64,000 bases of DNA from Psilocybe cubensis (taxonomy: Eukaryota), in NCBI GenBank assembly GCA_017499595.2, contig CM039001.1, positions 806,001 through 870,000 of the forward strand, read 5' to 3'. Below, piece by piece: positions 12,228-26,348 of the stretch. Below the pieces are notes generated by a model. The model ran no database searches. It was given only the letters and a program-made list of their open reading frames with translations, and was not told where the DNA came from. The position numbers and the translations under genes are program-made. Positions within the stretch are counted from its first letter, which is position 1. Every line of letters starts with the position of its first letter.

Positions 12228-14235
12228 CTATGAGGATGCGTTTCTGGATGCTCCACTGGAGCTTTCGGTGCCGCTGGGGTTGACACTGGAGCTGGACAAT
12301 TCAATGTCCGTGGTTCCACTGGTGTTGGTGTTGGAGACCTAAGTATCGTCATTTGATTAGTTCCAGCTCGAAGGAAAATATCTATGTGGATTATTGCTCA
12401 CTGAAACAGTGACCACACCGCCTGTTTTGGTCACCTTTTCTGGGCTGAATACAATGGGGGTTATCACCCGTCCTGTCTCGGTAATGGGCAGCCTAAATTC
12501 GGTATTAGAGTTGTCCATTTTGCGAATAGTATGTCGAGCCCCCAGACTGAAAAGAAATTAAAGTTAGGTATATGCGATAACCAGTAAAAAAGCTCATCCC
12601 CACTTTGCTAACAGACACAGCGAGCGAACTAAAACGAATTAAGTCAATATCCGTAAATGGTTACCACAGTGCCAAAAGGAGAACTTACTGGCAGTTGTTT
12701 GATAACCCAAGAAAAAGTCAATGTAATTATATCCCATAATAGCGAACTTCGATGCCAAAATCAGAATCTCTCAAGAAACCTGTACAAAGAATAAAATATC
12801 ACTTACGGTCACAAGTTGAACAACGAGAACGACACTGGTAGTAAACCATCGCGTTTAGCATGTTTTAGGGTCGGAATGTCTAAAGTGATTAACGACATAC
12901 CTAGTTAGCAGGCCCGTGCTCAAAATGTACATGATGAGTACTTTTATCATCCGGTTTGTTCTGCGAGACGAAAGGTTGCTTAGGCTATGGACATGGAGTG
13001 GTATACTTAACCGTACCTAGCAAGTCCATTTCGTGACTTCCGACGGAACAAATAAAACACTTGCAGAGTGGAGATCAAAATATCGCAGGCAGTTGATATC
13101 GACAGCCAAATGACGACCAGCCACTGTGTAAGAAATGATCAATACAATGGTCTGTAAAAATGATATAAAACCGTAAACGGACAGTGTGGTCTTCTAGGCC
13201 CGAGAATGCACGAATCTTGAAGATAGTACTCATCGATGCCAGACCAAATCCTTTAGTAGATGACTTGTAAATACTGATCCACTTCCTGGAGATAGCAAAA
13301 TTCAACTCGTACCAAATGCGGTGAATGCCAAAGTGACCTGACATAAAAGTTAATGTGCATGATTTTTCTTCAGAAGCTATGGCGACTCACAACCAATCCA
13401 CCAAGAACGTACCCGTTTCCACTTACTACGAGAACATTAGCTTGGTTGAATGGGGATTTTAGGGTAACGTGAGTACTGACAGGTGAAGATGCGATGGGCA
13501 TAGAACATCTGGACACTGAATGCGACGATGGCCTTGAAATTGAGATCACTATCAGCATGAAACTAACAAACTGGGCCATGCAATGCGTACCAATAGACCA
13601 ATATAAAGAGACCATTCCCTGGATCAGAGTATAACCATGAGTAAACGTAGGTGTGTTGGAAGCGTCAATAAAACGGACCATATAGACACAGCCATGCGAA
13701 TGGGCTGGCCATAAGATGTCACAAAGTAATAGTTAACCATGCTGATCAGGATGCCGCTGAGAACGAGATGCAAATTAATATCCAGATATCGAAAAGCAAT
13801 AATAGCAACTCACAAACTAAAAATTTGCAGTACACTATAGTATATGTTCAAAATTAGTGGCGGGAATGACCGCATCTACCGTGAATCCTTACAATATCCA
13901 GGCAACCTAGAAAGACGCGTGTTCTCAGTTTCGATAAAAAGCAGGTCGCATCAACATTTTAAGACAGCATACCAGAGCTTTCATTGCGAGTCTGTCCCGC
14001 GGGAAATTTCGAAAATATTTGTAGGTCAAGACACAGATAATCCCAACCCACCTAAAACGCGCGTCATCATTAAGCCAACCTCATTCAACACGTTCAATAA
14101 AAAAACTCACCAGCCATCTAAGGCCACCCCTGGAATACCAGGGGACAAGATTTTATCCAAAATTTCCTTCAACCCAGCATTCAAAGCTGCTTCCGCAGCT
14201 GCCTGAGCCTCCGCAGTAGCATTGGCAGACGCCAT
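12228..14235 (-). CDS. DUF6534-family integral membrane protein
   Basis: Hand-spliced: MASANATAEAQ...WVGIICVLTYKYFRNFPRDRLAMKAL...YYFVTSYGQP...WLSISTACDILISTLQVFYLFRRKSR...TNRMIKVLIMYILSTGLLTS. Many short exons. Confidence 0.8.
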
Positions 14236-16273
14236 ACTAGTCGAGACAATTCAGAGAACGTCGACCGATAGTGCCAGGAGGTTGGTGGAATCGGAAATGA
14301 CACATGCAGCTTTTCGAAAGCTTTATATCCGGACCCCATTGTCATTAACATCTTGGGAAATCCAAGCCAGATTTCAATCCACGATCCAAGAGATTGTACA
14401 GGTCGTAATATTCTGAAGAAAACATGATCAATTGATGGACAGATACTAATCGTGATGGAATAGCCCCTATCTGGGGTGAAATGCAACCAATTAGGATGTA
14501 CGTGGAGGACGTTAGCATCTCAATTGATTGTCAATTTTTTTCGCATGGTACTCCGTGATACCCTTTGGTACCCCAGTCCGATCCTGACATATTGTAATGC
14601 TTTCCATCACAACTTGAAGGTCACTGGTGACTCAACTATTTCCACTACTTCTTCGACTTTAAATCCTCTTTTCCGGCTTCTTGTCGTCAAGCCACATTAA
14701 ATCCAAGAGTCAACTCCCCGTGCTGTACGCAAGCCTAGTAAGCATATTACATGTGAGTACGAGTGGAATTTGGACCTGGTATAATGTCGCCGAGGTGTGA
14801 ACGGTCATCAGACTCTTTCACTTGCCTATTTGAATCTCTTTTTGTTACCACGCTAATGCCGTTCCATGCGGAGTTTCGGAACGCTTGGGCGACGACCAAG
14901 CAACTATCACTGTTCTGTTCATAGAAAGTACGTCGAAATCACGATTTTCTCGGACAAAGAACGCAACTACTTTTGAGATTAATGAGAATCATTGAAGACA
15001 CCAACATGCACCATAAAAAATCCCCTGTGAGTTAAATCCTGTTAAATCGCATGCCTGAAGTAAGTATGCCGGTTGCAAAGGCCTGGGATAAATGATAGAA
15101 GGTGCTAATCATCAGTCATGTTTTCGCCGCCTACATCAGAAATTTGGTGAAAACCACAGTAAAGCCAAACGGTCAAAAACCACATACAACCGTATCCTCT
15201 ATTGCTGTATAGTGCACAGCATGTAATCAAATGTCGTGTTGGTTATTGGAAATTGCTGAAGGTAGTTCTACCGCACCCTATGTCCTGTGCTAGCGCCACA
15301 ACGATAGTCACTGCGATGATCGGTCTCGTCAAATCCTTCCAGGAGAAATATTTAAATATATCCTAACACATAACCTTCTCCCGCTACCCAATCGCTTCTC
15401 AGCATCATAATGACTGTATGCACTGCGGTAGTAGGGGACCTGCCGATGACGTTCCATCTTCCGCTTTCTTTCCAATGGGCAGGATGGAGAATGTCTTCAG
15501 ATCTGCCAGTTTCATGAAGACAAGCAGCTTGGGAAGACAATGGAAGCAGCACTGACGTAACAACCTACGTTTATCACAAGTCGGGTGGCGTCCGGTCGCT
15601 GCTCTCCGCAGGCCAATGCGCTGCTGAGCACGAGCGCAGAGCTCTAACGTATGTATACAACGAAAGCAACCACTGTGGTAGCTTCCAGAGAATGTAGGGA
15701 ATATGCTCGGCTTTTTCTCTCCGCAATGTTATTTCTAAACAGAATGATAACCTTGACTTGATTCTCGCCATGTGGCTGCGTGGCATACCTACGTTGCGCC
15801 TTGCACCATGCCAGCGCCCGATATGTATTCAATGGGCGGCCGCAGGCGACTACAGAGCCAACCGAAGTCTACCGAAGTGGTTCTCAAGTTTTGAGGGGGA
15901 AATAGTAAATAAGGAGTTGGAGTGAGTTGGAGGAAGAAGTCGAAGCTTAGATTAGATATTAAACCAAAATTTGAAATCAATGATTCAACAACCCATGAAG
16001 GCACGTGCGTGCTACTACTAACTTATTTCAATTCAGGACATATAAGCGCCCTCGCTGAGCGCTTGTATATTCTTAGCACGCAAATTATTGACCATTCAAT
16101 GCCGATTCGACGCTTTAGATTTTTTCTCCACACGTTTGTAGTAAGAACAATTTCTCTCATTTGCTGAAATCACATATACATATATATTATCTGTATTGAT
16201 ATACTATATCGATACGCTGCACCGCCGCGGGCACAGACAGTCTTGACTGAAAAAGTAAAAAGAGGGGTAACTT

Positions 16274-16580
16274 CTAGGCATTGAATTTCTTCATGTCTTT
16301 GGGCGTGGGTTTCTTCTTGAGGGTAAATTTTCCTTCTTTGTTTTTAATGATCCCTGAAGTTGTCGAGGCACTTTGTTCAACTCTTTCCACTGCAGGAAAA
16401 CAGAGGAATTAGGTCCGAAAAAATTAGAAGATACAACTCACGTTGAAAAGTGAGAGCAACTTCTCTCAATGGAAGATACGAAATTTGCTTTTTCTTATAT
16501 TTTTTATTGATTTCCCGAATCTTTGCCGCACTCGGTGATTCTGGTAGTTGCTGTTTAGGGTGCTCGGTAAGAATGTTCAT
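16274..16580 (-). CDS. Putative small Lys-rich protein (84 aa, two exons)
   Basis: Canonical 52-nt intron at 16390-16441 (GTGAGT...CTAAT...CTGCAG) joins two in-frame segments ending KKKPTPKDMKKFNA*. No family recognised. Confidence 0.35.
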
Positions 16581-18031
16581 CTAGACCCTGAAGCTAATAA
16601 CTTACTGCTGAGAATTATCAATGTGAGGTTGGTATGGTAGTCACACTTCAACAACTTTGTGTAAAACGTAGTATGTGAATGCTTTCTTACTAAATGAATC
16701 TGGCCTAGCGCATTGGATTTCGGGTATGGGTAAGATTTCCTGAAAAGAAAATGCAAAAGTATAGAGCTCTTACATGGTATGAATTGTGACTGGATTTTTA
16801 GTAAGCAATCAACGAAGTAAAGTGGGAGAATTATACTTCAAATCAGAGAGATTGGAACCCTTATATACTATTTCACTAGCACATTCTTTGAAAGAAATAG
16901 AATCATCGTCATCAAAAGATAACATAGAAAAACACTTTGTGACAAAAGGGCGGTGGTAGCTGGCGACAATGACTTCCTTTATTTTTTAACGACTGCACCT
17001 TGTTTACCCACTTTACAAAGGGATGTAATTGTGCCGGTCTTTGGTTGAGCTATGAAGTAATTGGAAAGATTATTTCATGTCACCCAGTTTCATTTTTCCC
17101 TTCAACAAACCTGTTTGTTACAGGCCTAGAATGAACGAAGGGAGAACAATATATGGGTTATATATAAAAGATATCTTTAGAAAAGTGTGGCGAACCATAA
17201 TCGAATCCTGGAATCTTCCTTCGAACAATCACAATTTACATGCCAAAAAATACAATCATTGACGCCTAAACGGACCACCACTTGCGGGCCTTCTAAGTAC
17301 TGTTAGTACGGCCACCAACTCGAAGTAACCCCGATCAAAGCAGAAATCATCTGAGCAACGACGCGGTATGATCTTGTGTGAGGCTGCGCCGACAAAGAAA
17401 TTTATTTGCATCCCAATGAGTCCACATTATATGAAGTTTATCAAGCCGTGCTTGCTTTCATTGTTTCGATGACAGAGCTGCCTCGATTTGGTGCCCAGAA
17501 TGCACAACGGAAGCACATTGCACACGGAAACCTTTAGGAAAGTGTGGCGCATGAGATCGGGCGGAACGCGATCGCGGAATGATGGAGTTTCGCGGAGGCA
17601 AAATTGACCACAAAGAGTGACTGGAACATAGCAGATGGTTCATGGACGACTTTGATGCTTCAGAGAAAGAAAGATGGCCGGAGGCCGAGAGCTGGGAGAG
17701 TGGGATTCTGTGGCTGACGTAACTGGGATGAGGCGCACTGCCTCCACAGGGATCTGTAATCCAGGCCGGGCACAGGATCCACCGCTTCCTCTAGAGCACC
17801 GTTCGTCGTGGTTGCGCTGAGAGTTCTAGCCAGTAGAGCTCTGCCTTACTTTCTTTAATTCTTTTCCTCCTTTCTTTTTCTTCCTCTAGTCCTTATCCCC
17901 CGGTTTTCAACATACTAGTTCCTAATCCTCGATTCTTATCGACCAACCGACCAACCGTCGACAATCGAACTTGAATTGAGCCACTTCCTTTATTTTTCCG
18001 TCATTTATCCTGCAATTTGAATCCCTAAAAG

Positions 18032-19221
18032 ATGCCTTTGCAAATGAACGGTGTGGAGGCATGGATCACTGTGGAAGACAAGAGGCAGGTTCTGGAGTAT
18101 CTGCCGGAGATCGACACAAAAACAGGGGTGGCGACGTGCTGGATTAGTGGAGAGCCTGGCCAGGTACGCGCACAATATCTTGATCTCTACTAGCCTCCTT
18201 TCCTCGCACAAATATACTATACAGAAGAGGAGTTGATCTTCCTTTTCGCAACCCAAAAATTCTATCTCGCTTCCCTTTTGCGTTTTTTGCTATTCTATCA
18301 GAGTATATGCGCATTCCATGGGTTACTGACAATATGACGATGTAGCCTTTTGCCATCCGGTGGCGAGACCTCACTGACCCAACGTCAATACATCAGCGGG
18401 ACATGAGTGGGTTCGTCACCATGGACGGCTACGAGCTCGGCGGGAGAATATTGCAGGCCCGCAGCTACGCCCCTGCCATTTTCTCCCGCATTGCGACATC
18501 CCCGACCTCTTGCCTTCCCTTAACATTTTCGGATCTGCCTCGAACTGCAGGTGTGTATTCACTGTATCTCAATATGGTTCCTTAGGCGGCATAGACTGAA
18601 TACTGACAATGACAGGTATTGGGGAAGATTGGGTTACTCTAGGCACTATATCGATTGACATTCATGTTGTGGAAGTTGGCGAGGCGAATAGGCTGCATGA
18701 GGGGTTCTCAAGCTACTACAGACGCGATGAGGGTTCGCCATTATCATCTGCGACTCCCTTCAGCTCCACCGAGGTCACCAGCGTCCGCAAGATCGCTACG
18801 TTCACCTTCAAGTACCGGCCTCTCGGTGAGTTTGAAATCCCGGTGTCTCGGGATAATCTAACATTATCTTTCATTTGCGCTATAGACGTGTTGCAATACC
18901 ACCATATCATTCCCCCCATCAGCCCAATCTCGTCCTTCCCATGGTCGCTGACCCCACATCTTGGCGACAAGCGGTCCGCGTCCGATACCGATGAAGAGGA
19001 AGAATGCGATGAGGAGGATGAGCAAGACCGCACTCATATGTACAGCAGTAGTGGTGGTTCTGATTCCGACTCATCCCAGGTGCGTTTCACACTTTATTTC
19101 TATCATCAGAGCTGTCACCGTCTAACTTTCGTGGTCTTAGGAATATGTGCCAAAGTCAAGACCAAGACGACCTCTGAAAGCTTCATACTACGGCCCTCTT
19201 ACGAAACGCGTCAAGTTTTGA
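18032..19221 (+). CDS. Fungal uncharacterised protein (DUF7918-like)
   Basis: Spliced: MPLQMNGVEAWITVEDK..LEY..ATCWISGEPGQ|PFAIRW..GFVTMDG..LGTISIDIH..IATFTFKYRPL|DVLQYHHII, then an acidic tract and basic tail LTKRVKF*. Confidence 0.7.
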
Positions 19222-20303
19222 CGATTGCTCAAGGAAACTTGCATACTCCTCCCGATCGTCATGCCCTCTTTTCCATATCTTTGTGCGCATTGCTGTCTCT
19301 TTAATATTACATATGCCCTATTACCCGATCCATTCCTATTTTCTACCATGTACGTATGCTCCATCTGGCCACTGTTCAATTTATGTGTCTAAGGCTCACC
19401 TGTCCACAGCTCGACCCCTATATTTGATGCTACCTGTTATACTACACTCCTTATTGCCTCCACCCAGTGCCTTCCTTTCTCCCCCAAAAATACCGCGGGA
19501 CCTCCAAGGCGAAGCTCCGGATCTGTATCCTTCATCATATCTCGTATCTCGCACTCTGTTAATGTCTGGTTTCTATTTGTGTGCTCTTCTTCCACCCATT
19601 ACTATAGAAGGAAGAATTCGATTCAACACCACACTCCTTTTTAAATGCTATTAGGATCTTACTTTTCCCTTTTTCGTTTTCAATTTCTTCAATTTTGCGT
19701 TATTGTTGTACATTTACCCACCAAATATTGCTACCGCTTTTTACTGGATCAGTATTATTACTTTCGTTTTCGTTTATCTTTTCTTCGTATCCGTGTTCGA
19801 TTGTGCTTTCGCCCTCTTGTTAATTATTTTCTCTAACCCGCTGACATCCATATTTCATCTATCGGAGCGGCCTAGTTCGCATTGCTTTGCTTCCCATTAT
19901 TTCAACCTCACTTTTTCGATGACCCTTCTCCCAGCTATGTGTGTTACGGTCCTTTCCTACCTTTCCTGTTCAAGGATGGTGGTTTCGTACGTACTGGAAA
20001 AAATTGGGGTGTAAATCACATTTATAAACGTATAGTTGCACAGTTGTCCTGTTATTCGATAAAAAAAAAATATACACCGTGTTTTCGAGGTATATGGTGT
20101 TTGGATGAATGAGATAGAAATGAACGTTTTTACTGCTAAATCCCCAGGTCACAGATTCCTAGTACATGGTGATCAGATATATGCCCCTTCTAGTAGGCTG
20201 TTAGGCTGTACTCGCATCGGGACGACGCGCATGTATATTCCTGCAGAAACCAAAAAAATCAGGAAGATAAAGAAACAAAACCTTATAAAGATAGAAAAAG
20301 CAT

Positions 20304-21657
20304 TTAATGCTTCTTTCCTCTCCCCGTGTTTTTCTTCTCAGGCGCATCGAGGAAGCCGCCCAATTCAAGTGCATTGCGCGCCGCCTGATTTATGTGCTTG
20401 AATCTGTCCGGCCCAAGGTGGATACCGCCAAAGTAGCGCGTAACGACGACTAAGACGTCGTTTACTTCGAGGATCTGTAGAAGGTGCGCAAGGCGGCCTC
20501 CAGCGGCTGTTTCGCCGTCATCATCATTATCTACGGGACGACATGAGTAAAAATATTTGGTAATCAGGATTGGGTCGCGTTTCGTTCGGGAAGAGGAGGA
20601 CCGTTCGCACCTTGATGTAGAACAGAGTCGAGTTGACATCGCCATGCATTGATGATTGGATGTGCTGCGCGGGATATACGGCGATCTGACATCAGATGCG
20701 ACAGGATAAGAGGTACCTAGAATGTCAGGCTCAGCCAAAATCTCTGTAATGCGTAAATGAATTTAATTCACCTCTGATGGATGATGGATTCTGCACGCGC
20801 GGCCAATGAACGCGCTTTTGCGGTCCGTGATGGGTTCTGCGACATAAATGTGTACGCCTGCAGGTAAAGCAGCGGGCACTGGTGGTGGTTCGTTTAAGGC
20901 CATTTGATCACCCACACCCGGTTGCTCTGCCATTGGCGGGGATGAAGAGCCCGACGTTGTCCGGGTGTTCATGTTCGCCGCGGCGACATCCTCTCGTACA
21001 AGCTCGCCCGCCTTCTCGGCGCTCAGGCGGTCCTCATACCACGCCACGCACCGCTCGAGCACGTTCTGCAACCCATCAAACACGCATACAGTGTCCTCAG
21101 ACCATTCAACGCCACTGACGGAGATGTACGTCCGGAGGATAGACCCAAAGAGCTGCGCGTCTGCGCCAAAGGAGCCGATGTACTTTGACAGTAGCTGGAG
21201 TTGGGGCGGTGCGGATTTTGGGTAGGTTTCGGGGAGGGAGACAAGGATTTTGATGGAGACATCATCGTGTGGGGATGGTAGACTGAAGTTGGAATGTGGT
21301 GTTATTCAGGATGCTGGCAGGGAGGCGTTTGAATGCGCACCTTTGCACGACTTCGTATCGGATGGTCCCATCCCGCCGACTCGTAGAGGCAGAGCGCTTT
21401 CCGTCTTTCAGTGGCGGCCGCCAAAGGCGAATCGCATCGTCTCCGTATATGGATTGTAGGACTGCGTAAGACGTAAACGCAGAGTTTCAACACACCATGA
21501 ACTTTTGAAACGACTTGTGCAGATGCGCGTATTTACCCTGGATTTCAGACGCCACGGCCTCCCGCTCTGGGTCTTCCAAGAGGGCAGCGAGGAAGTCCTG
21601 TAATTCAGCCGATTTGTCTGTATTATCGTCCTTGTCGGGTGATGGTGTCCGATGCAT
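20304..21657 (-). CDS. YIH1: IMPACT/Yih1 family protein (RWD + UPF0029 domain)
   Basis: EPITDRKSAFIGRAC, DNDDDGETAAGGRLAHLLQILEVNDVLVVVTRYFGGIHLGPDRFKHIN; N-terminal RWD-like exons. Confidence 0.9.
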
Positions 21658-22654
21658 TGGCGAGTGTGTTTTTGTGTTATCTTATCGGTTTGTAGAGGAG
21701 GTTGATGGTGCTTAAATTACTTGTAACCAATCATGATCATAGTTGTTGGTCAAGACACAAGTTCATTTATTCGGTGCTTCGCGCTTGCCGTTTACCACCA
21801 TAACCTCGGCTTTAAAATTGCAAGCGCTACGCCAAATACTAACGAATTTTCCTCATGAATTTACTCTTTAGCAAACATTTACTTCCTCTAAGGCAACTAG
21901 TCTTCTCCGTGCGCACTTTCAAAGAACAACGTCAATATGTGTTGTGTTACTTCGGGTGGGACTCCCACAGATACATGATACGGGACCAGATGATTCTGAT
22001 GTTCTCTGGATCACATCCCGAAACGCGAAACACTTAACTCTGACAGACTTTTGACTTGAATTGAGCATGCGACTGCCAATGAATGCCCTGTCCCCAATTT
22101 TCTCTCCAAAACATGCGTAGTTTCTTCGGGGGTCCCATGTAGAATGTCACTGGTTGTTGAAGGTTGTTCATCCAGGATCTTTGACACTGTTCAATTCTTG
22201 AAAAACCCTGCCAAATGTTTGACTTGCAAAACTTCTCACCTGGATCATGGTGACTAGGTAATTGGCGTGTGGCACGGTGGCAGCGGGTTTTATAAATCTT
22301 TCCACCAACACAGAGGCATGAGCTGAGCTGAGCAAAGTGAAAGCCCCTTTGGTTTGCTTTCGATGTTCTTATATCTGTATCAGTCATATTGAAACATTGT
22401 CATAACAATATGGTTAACTCATCTGGTGACCTTGTGATCTCCTGATTCTCAAACTTCAGACGATAGTATAGAAAAAAACATACTTCGAAGTGGCCTGGGC
22501 CCGTCATTGAAGAAGATAGAACGAGATCTCATACATTCAGCCCTCTGAGCACTGAAAAATTGTGGAACAAGTAGTAATAGTTGTGAAATATCGCAAGACC
22601 ACTGAAGCGAAGACGATAAGGATATAAAGAATCGGCATTTCTTCATTACGCTAG

Positions 22655-24043
22655 TCAAGCACCTTCAGTATCCAGATGGCCCAGGTTCACAAATCGTTGC
22701 TTATAATCTACAGCTCCATTTGCTTCTGCTTCAAAAACTTCAATAGAACGATCCAACAAAAATTTTCTTCTCGCCTCAGTTCTATTTCGTTCCACTTCCA
22801 TTGGAATCGTCACGTTCCACCTATATTCGCATGTTCGAATCCACTCCCGTGTGGCAGGATCAGGGCTGTTGAGAGGTGTCTTCTTCATTAGCTTTCGGTA
22901 CTTTTTCTTGTTCGGAAGTAGTATCGTGGAGCTGATATGGTCGAAAATCCTTCCGTCCAAGCGAGCTTGATGCAGCAGCAGTGGATTGGCGTCCTCCGAT
23001 CGAAAGTATCTTGCATATACATCACTCAAATCGTGGGCGTCTTGAAAAGATCGACAATTCCAGAAACCATAGTCGTAATAAGACTCCTTCGTAACGCTCC
23101 CACCCATCGTCGTCCAATGTTTAAGCCACCAACTGGACGGAATGTTAGGTGAACTGGACAGGAATTCACTCAGTTCTGTGAACGGAGAATCCGGCAGCTG
23201 AAGACCTAATCCATACTTTTCCAATAATTTCTCTAGCATGGATGATTCGTAGGCGGTTACAAACTCTTGGAAAGTGCACTCTCGAAGTAGTTGCGAGTAT
23301 AATATGAATAGCAAATCATCTGTGTACCGGCTGCGTTTGGTTACGGTGCAAAATCCCAGTGTGACCCATAGCTTTTGCCAGGGACCTGTGTGAAAGCCAC
23401 AGAAAGTCTGACCGCAAAACTGCAAACATTCGATCCTGTGACCGGGCCAGGATTCGGATTCACATAAGTGGATGACGTCCAGTGCCGAGCGAGGGTTACC
23501 GGATCCACCACTATACCGCCAGCCAACTTGAAAAACAGTGTTGAATAAGAATTTTGACTCTGCTCTAGGGGCAAGTGCATTTCCGTCGAAGATCCAATGG
23601 TGATTCTCCAAAAACCATAAGTACGATTTTGGTCGAGTGGCTTCGTCCATCCGTGTCTCGAACAGAGATATAATTTCTTGAGCCAGCTTCCCATCTGCCA
23701 TCCATTTCTGAAGAATTTGCGGCTTCACAGCGAGGTGATCGGGATCCAATATATAAAAATAAAGTTGGAGCATCTTGTTCTCGTTGTCGACTCCTACCCG
23801 TGAGAGGCCATAGGATTGTCGTGTCTCCGCATCGAGGGAGTACACTGGCGTACTATCAGTCAGGATGCAAGCTTTGTATAGGCAGTCCGCCGCCGTGATC
23901 TCGTCCTTTGGTTTGCAGTCGAACAGGTGCCTCCTCCAATCAGCCTTTTGACATTTCTTCGAACAGTAAAAGTACAGCAAACATCCAGTACAGCGTTTGT
24001 CGGTGGGTGTCTTGCAAAAACCACAACAATGAGGAGGCGACAT
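22655..24043 (-). CDS. MYND zinc-finger protein, copy 1 (intact, intronless)
   Basis: 462-aa ORF; CGFC..CTGC..YCSKKCQKADWRRH..C followed by a ~350-aa domain shared with the neighbouring copies. Confidence 0.9.
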   Translation of the reverse strand: MSPPHCCGFCKTPTDKRCTGCLLYFYCSKKCQKADWRRHLFDCKPKDEITAADCLYKACILTDSTPVYSLDAETRQSYGLSRVGVDNENKMLQLYFYILDPDHLAVKPQILQKWMADGKLAQEIISLFETRMDEATRPKSYLWFLENHHWIFDGNALAPRAESKFLFNTVFQVGWRYSGGSGNPRSALDVIHLCESESWPGHRIECLQFCGQTFCGFHTGPWQKLWVTLGFCTVTKRSRYTDDLLFILYSQLLRECTFQEFVTAYESSMLEKLLEKYGLGLQLPDSPFTELSEFLSSSPNIPSSWWLKHWTTMGGSVTKESYYDYGFWNCRSFQDAHDLSDVYARYFRSEDANPLLLHQARLDGRIFDHISSTILLPNKKKYRKLMKKTPLNSPDPATREWIRTCEYRWNVTIPMEVERNRTEARRKFLLDRSIEVFEAEANGAVDYKQRFVNLGHLDTEGA

Positions 24044-25188
24044 CTCTGTGGTGATTAGAGATGGTTAGCGGAATCAAGTTTAGCGGCATGGACAGGTTGG
24101 AAAGAGAGGTAATACATGCTATAAAATCAGCAGAATGCATACTGTAAATATGAAGGCGCAAAAAGACTGCAATCAGGGACAATAACATGAACAAGAGCTT
24201 GTCTCAAAAAATACCAATTCATCCATCACATGATGGATGTTTTGACCGTGTCAATGGACTGCCTGTCGAGTAAAAAAACACAATTGGCATATGTATCTGG
24301 GTGTAGGCGAACCACAGTAATACCATCATCAAGGTGTATTGGATTCGATACTCAGCATTTTTCGAATGTGACCCTCGGATAGACATGCACGAAAATTGCA
24401 CCCTGTTATCCTGAAGAAGGCAAATGTTCGCTCTGGCGTGATCCCTCTGCAGTAACCTAGTTCAGTACATTCCACAAATTTGGGGAGAATATACGCCAAA
24501 GTAAAGAGTGTCTTTTAGTTTGAGTCTAAAATGAGGGGATCACTATTTTGTTTAACCTGCATAGCGCATGGAGAAATGGATATGCTCGGAGTTGCTTATA
24601 TTCTGATTTGCAGCGCCGAGTCAAACAAATTCGGTTCCATGTTTCCACTATACTACCGACCAACTTGAACGGTGTTGCAGTCCAAAAGTATCGTCTTGGC
24701 CTTGGGAGCGGGTCGAAGATTGTCGAAAAGCAAAGACAAAAAGCATTGAGTATCGGCAGCTCAGGTAGGGTTCAGATTCCTCAAGGTGAATGGCGAGACA
24801 TAAGAGACGTATTTGACCTGTACAGAGTGCATCCATCTTGAAGCTAATAGATCATGTTGTTGAAGGGACAGCGTTGACCGAAGATCGTTCTCTGGCGCAG
24901 TCATTTGCGTTCAGAGAGCGTTCTGATCCATGGAATGGCTGATGGTCCTGCGCCAATGACCATGTTACGGAGGTTTTCGTGGCGAACATGTACCAAAACT
25001 CCTTTACCATGTCCGATGATACGAAGGTCTCGGCGCTACCAGTGCCCGTCTCGATGTTCATGCAGGTCTAAAGCATCTACTGAACAAAGGGCAAGGGTCA
25101 ATTCACCTCTGGTCTTCGGTTTTATTACGTGCCAAACCATGTCGTGCCGTTGGGCTATGTCTGCTGAATTGGGATCTTTCAGGTTCAT

Positions 25189-26348
25189 TTAGGGTTTCTT
25201 GGTCAGTCGTCGGATCAACTTTTTGTTCGCTAGCTGAAGCATGGTGGCGAGGTAATCAAAGAGACTACCCTTTACGAGCGCGCTGTTAAGATACACAGGA
25301 TCGGCCCATTCCCAACGAAAATATCTTTCATAGACGTCTTCCAACTCCTGAAACTCTTTCAAGGTCCGGCAGTTGGAAAATCCGTAGTCATAGAACGGTT
25401 GCATCGAAACACATCCACCTACAAACCACTGTTTGAGCCACCATGCCGAAGGAATGTTATCGGGAGAAGCGGCTAGGATGTCGCAAACGACAGCAGGGTA
25501 GTTTTGGGGGCCTAGATCATATTTGTTCAACAAATCCAACAAGGTTGATGTTTCATAGGTGGCAACAAATTCGTCAAAAGTGCATTTATCCAAAAGTGCG
25601 CGATAGACAGCGTGTAATTGTTCAGAAGAGATTGCCGACAGCTTTGAACGCAGTATCCCAGAGTAACCCAAAATCTATCTGTATATCCCGGGGAAACGTT
25701 GGAAAATACAAAGCCACAGAACTCCAAACATTCCCTTCTTCCCAAAGACCAGGATTCCGAATCCCATTTTTCTTGGATCTTGGATACCGTCAGAGAAGAA
25801 TCGGCGCCTCCATTACAATACCGCCAGCCTGCGTAAATAGTCTGTTCCCATATGCTCTCCATTGCCACAGCTGTGGCCTCCCAATTTCCATCAAAAATCC
25901 AATGACGGTTTTTAACAAACCATTCATACCAATCTGGCACACCAGCAGATTTGTCCATCCGTGATTCATACATGGAGAATATTTCTTCCGCAAGTGTTCC
26001 GTCTACCATCCACTTGTGCAGGGTACGCGGCTTCACAGCGAGACGACGAGGGTGCATAAGGACGACGTATACCAATAAAAGATTTTGATGATAGATACTT
26101 CCTACTCGTTGGAAGCCATAGTCGACTAATGTTTGCCAATCATTAGGGATTCTGGGTTGTCCAGGTTGGAAGCAAGCGTGATACAGATGGTCGGCGGTGG
26201 TTATTTGATCCCTCTGTTTGCAGGCAAATAGGTGGGTCTTCCAATCGGATTTCTGGCAGGGGGTAGAACAATACCAGGTCAACTGGCATCCCGCACAGCG
26301 CTGGTGCGCGGGCTTCATACACCACTCACAACGATGATGAGGCAGCAT
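25189..26348 (-). pseudogene. MYND zinc-finger protein, copy 2 (frameshifted)
   Basis: ORFs 25527-26348 and 25189-25671 are the two halves of a copy-1 paralog. Frame switches at ~25620-25650 with no room for an intron. Confidence 0.8.

Noticed and set aside
15352-16004. Short minus-strand ORFs
   Set aside because: Interrupted by stops; no family or gene model could be supported.
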